DNA of 63,585 nucleotides, the filler included, from Myxococcota bacterium (GTDB lineage: Bacteria > Myxococcota > Myxococcia > Myxococcales > Myxococcaceae): the NCBI GenBank assembly GCA_049322255.1. It is 4 parts of 4 records of this genome, joined end to end, with 100 filler letters (N's around TTAATTAATTAA, not from the genome) between each part and the next. Parts side by side here need not be neighbours in the genome. Positions count along the whole stretch, not along the records: positions 51,844 to 63,585 come from JBMORE010000122.1; 3 more parts are not named here. The stretch is one strand, 5' to 3'. The translations under genes were made by a program, and so were the position numbers. Shown one piece after another: positions 60,602-63,585 of the stretch (position 1 is its first letter; every line of letters starts with the position of its first letter). The notes below the pieces were generated by a model that had not been told where the DNA came from, did no database searches, and saw nothing but the letters and a program-made list of their open reading frames with translations.

Positions 60602-62461
60602 GTGCGCCATTGGAGATACCACGTCGGGGCGTTGTTGCTGCTCATCGCGTTCGAGGCCCTCGCGCGCGTGGGCGGTGGCGAACATTACACGTCGGGCAGC
60701 CGTGAGGCGCCCGGCGGAGGCGGCGACGGAGAGGGAGACCTCCTCTTCGCGCTCATCTGGCTCGCCATTCGCTACCCACACATCGGAGTGCCGCTGCTCA
60801 TCGTGGTGGGGGTGCTCTACGTCGCCGCCAAGCGCAATACCGCGTCCGCCACCACTCAACGTGCCTTCCAGCGGCGGGAGGCGGAGCTTCGCACCCGTGT
60901 GAGCTCGCAAGACGTCGCCGGCTGGGTGAATGCGCTTCGGCTGAAGGACCCGACGTTCGATCTGCCCAAGCTTCAGGAGAAGGTCGGCACGCTCTTCACT
61001 CAGGTTCAGCTCGCGTGGTTCAAGGGTGAGCTGACGCCGGTACGGCCCTTCGTCTCCGACGCGGTGTTCCAAAGACTGTGCGTGCAACTTCAGCTTTTGC
61101 GCACCCAGGGCGTCCGCGATGCCATCACCGATGTCCAGGTGCTCGACGTGCAGCTCGTCGGGCTCGACCAGAGCGAGTGGTACGACACGGTGCATATGCG
61201 GGTGAAGGCGCGCCTGCGCGACACCGACGTGCCAGCGAGCCATTCCGAGGCGCAGGCAACGGCAGCCGCCAAGAAAGCACCGTTCGAGGACTTCATCGAG
61301 GTCTGGTCCTTCGTGCGCAAGCCCGGAGCCAGGACCAAAATCGGCGAGGACCTGTATCAGGGCAAATGTCCCAACTGCGGAGCGCCCTTTTCCGGCGGAG
61401 CGACCAACAACTGCTCGTACTGCGGCGCAGTGGTGAACAGCGGCAACTACGACTGGACGCTCTCCACCATCACCCAGGGGATAGAGCATGTGCGTCACTA
61501 CGCCACCGTTGACGGGTTGCTCGACGCGCGGCGCACCGACCCTGCGCTCAACCTCGAAGTGCTGGAGGACCGCGCCTCCCTCCTCTTTTGGAAGTGGATC
61601 GCGGCCCAGAGCTTCGGCGATGCCGGCAGGGCGGCGAAAATTTCCTCGGGCGACTTTCAGATTCGTCTCGCCGCCGAGCTCGACGCGCTCAAGAAGCAGC
61701 GCCGACGCAAGGTGTTCCTCGAATGCGCAGTGGGCGGGGTGAAGACGCGTGTGCTCCAGGTGAGCGAAGGAGGCTACGACCGCGCCCACGTCGAGATCCG
61801 CTGGAGCGCTCGCATGGGCATCGGCCCGGAGGACCAAAAGCCGCCCGCCCTCCCCTCGGTTCCCCAGCGGTGGATGTTCACCCTCACGCGCAAGTCGGGC
61901 GCCACCACCAGCACCCCAAACGGCATGGCCACCAATCGGTGTCTGCAGTGCAACGCGCCGCTCACCGACTCCAGCTCGACCCAGTGTGACTACTGCGGCG
62001 CCGAGCTCGCCAGCGGAGAGCGCGACTGGGTACTCGCGCACGCGGCGACCTACGAGGCCTGGAACGCTGCGGAACAGCGGAAGTACGATGCGGTGACCGC
62101 CAAACCGGCGCGGCCCGACTCCGACCTCATCACCGACCCCGAGGAGCGCCAGCGGCTCATCTACATGATGGCGGCGATGGCCGCGGCTGACGGTGTCGTC
62201 GATGCGCAGGAACGAAAGCTCCTCAAGATGTGCGCACAGCGATGGTCTGTACCTTGGGCGAACGTGGAGCTGGCGGTGAACGCTGGCCCGGCGCTTTTCG
62301 AACGGCTGCTCCAGAAGGACTCAAAGGAGGCGGAGGCTTTCCTCCAGGAGCTGGTGCAGCTGGCATTGATAGACGGCAGGGTGGACCGAAAAGAGCGCCA
62401 GCTGCTCGAGCGCGCGGCCCAGCACCTGGGGGTGGCTGACCGCCTGCCGGCTCTGCTCTAA
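60602..62461 (+). CDS. Membrane protein with two Tim44-like domains, two zinc ribbons and a TerB-like C-terminus
   Basis: Signal + ARVGGG; DP.FD..; EVWSFVR; CPNC..CSYC; CLQC..CDYC; AADGVVD.QE and DGRVD..E. Confidence 0.8.
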   Translation: MRHWRYHVGALLLLIAFEALARVGGGEHYTSGSREAPGGGGDGEGDLLFALIWLAIRYPHIGVPLLIVVGVLYVAAKRNTASATTQRAFQRREAELRTRVSSQDVAGWVNALRLKDPTFDLPKLQEKVGTLFTQVQLAWFKGELTPVRPFVSDAVFQRLCVQLQLLRTQGVRDAITDVQVLDVQLVGLDQSEWYDTVHMRVKARLRDTDVPASHSEAQATAAAKKAPFEDFIEVWSFVRKPGARTKIGEDLYQGKCPNCGAPFSGGATNNCSYCGAVVNSGNYDWTLSTITQGIEHVRHYATVDGLLDARRTDPALNLEVLEDRASLLFWKWIAAQSFGDAGRAAKISSGDFQIRLAAELDALKKQRRRKVFLECAVGGVKTRVLQVSEGGYDRAHVEIRWSARMGIGPEDQKPPALPSVPQRWMFTLTRKSGATTSTPNGMATNRCLQCNAPLTDSSSTQCDYCGAELASGERDWVLAHAATYEAWNAAEQRKYDAVTAKPARPDSDLITDPEERQRLIYMMAAMAAADGVVDAQERKLLKMCAQRWSVPWANVELAVNAGPALFERLLQKDSKEAEAFLQELVQLALIDGRVDRKERQLLERAAQHLGVADRLPALL

Positions 62462-62700
62462 GCCGTCAAAGCGCGCACAGACCTGGAAAATGTCCGCGTG
62501 AGCCGACGCGTGTCCCCCTCTGGGCACGGGCCGCCGCTGTTGCAATGTCGGTTACAGAAATAGTCGGTGCTGCTCGTGCCGTAGCAAAGCCCCGACTGGC
62601 AGTTGGAGTTGACACCGCAGCCCGCCATCAAGTCGGTGATGGTTCGCCCGCGGCGGCGCTCATTCGTGGAGAAAGGCCTTGTCGAGCTCGTTGCTCCAAT
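62458..62700 (-). pseudogene. Possible remnant of a Cys-rich repeat protein
   Basis: CGVNSNCQSGLC..YFCNRHCNSGGPCPEG with no signal peptide or clear start. Confidence 0.35.
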
Positions 62701-62775
62701 CATGGATGCCGTCACGAAAAAAGAGAGAACGGCACGTGACGCTTCCACGTGCCGCTCCCAGGTGATTGCCGCCTG

Positions 62776-63354
62776 CTATTCGACCACGGTGTTCGGCGGA
62801 ATGGGCGACACCGGAGGCTGAGCTTCAGCCGCTGGTTCCTCTTCGCCTCGGCGCGGCCCTTGGGCGAGGAACTCGACCACCGGTTTGAGGGCCGGCTCGA
62901 GCTCAGGGTCGAGCCGAATCATCGCCATCAGGGTCGAGTAGTAGGCCAACGCGGCCGACCACGCCTCCGACTGAGCGACGAAGGCTGCGTCTCCCAGACC
63001 GCGAGCCAACACCGACGCTGCCTCGGCAACCCGCTGCAGCTCTTCGCCTTCCGTTTGTAGCCTCAGCATCTCCTCCACGGTCACCCTACCCGTGAGGCTC
63101 TTGCGTGCTGCTACCTCGCCCACATGGCGCACCACGCGGTGCGCTCCCCGGCGCGGCCGGATGTACTTGTTCCGGTCGACGACCTTGAAGAGCACCCTGG
63201 CAGTGCTGATCAGAGCCACCAACTGCTGGCCGATCATCGCGATCAACCCCATCCACCGCCCACCGCCCGCTTCTTTCGTCTTGTGCACGTCTTCACTCCT
63301 GTGATTGGCCCGGGGAATTCCGGGCGACGGGCGGTAATTCAATGGGTGGGCCAA
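62776..63354 (-). CDS. Hypothetical helical protein (start uncertain)
   Basis: Natural-looking helical C-terminal two-thirds. Confidence 0.6.
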   Translation of the reverse strand: MAHPLNYRPSPGIPRANHRSEDVHKTKEAGGGRWMGLIAMIGQQLVALISTARVLFKVVDRNKYIRPRRGAHRVVRHVGEVAARKSLTGRVTVEEMLRLQTEGEELQRVAEAASVLARGLGDAAFVAQSEAWSAALAYYSTLMAMIRLDPELEPALKPVVEFLAQGPRRGEEEPAAEAQPPVSPIPPNTVVE

Positions 63355-63454
63355 ACCGATCTCCTTGAAAAGACAGGTTCGCAGTCGCGCAGCCGTCCAT
63401 ACACAGAAGAAGGGTCCCCCCGCGCGGACGGACAGGAACGCTCCAGTTCAATGC

Positions 63455-63517
63455 TCGAACCTGAAGGGTTCGAACATTCAGCCTCGATGGCTCGATCGTT
63501 GAACCGGCAAGGTTCAA
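63455..63517. repeat. Two related palindromes TYGAACC-N5-GGTTCRA
   Basis: TCGAACC-tgaag-GGTTCGA (63455-63473) and TTGAACC-ggcaa-GGTTCAA (63499-63517). Confidence 0.6.
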
Positions 63518-63585
63518 ATCATCTGCATCATCAGATTCGACCATCGAACCTGCGCTCGCAGCGGGGCCACCCCTCTTGTGAGGGC

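Overview
GC-rich bacterial DNA whose gene content points to Myxococcota (inference from MYXO-CTERM-like tails, FHA-sigma54 activators, a Ser/Thr kinase, a liu-type cluster and many lipoproteins). The window joins four scaffolds with N-TTAATTAATTAA-N linkers (~17917-18016, ~35577-35676, ~51744-51843) and has three internal 100-N gaps, so gene order across linkers is meaningless. Housekeeping genes: proS, rnc, meaB, liuABC-like, Maf, thpR, RimK family, three cyclophilins. Accessory content: surface or secreted proteins (beta-propellers, Ig repeats, S1/P1 nuclease, GH1), a DUF1585/cytochrome c/DUF1501-type triad, four toxin-antitoxin pairs plus a decayed one, and REP-like elements. The best novelty candidate is 35677-40906. 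There, a small Gly-Gly-x-Glu-repeat peptide gene with its own promoter and RBS overlaps the start of a PaaK-like adenylating enzyme gene (possible new RiPP or peptide-modification system). The pair sits in a co-oriented run of signal-peptide-less proteins headed by a sigma54 promoter with direct repeats facing an FHA-sigma54 activator. No rRNA, tRNA or CRISPR array was seen. All family names come from motif recognition, not database searches.
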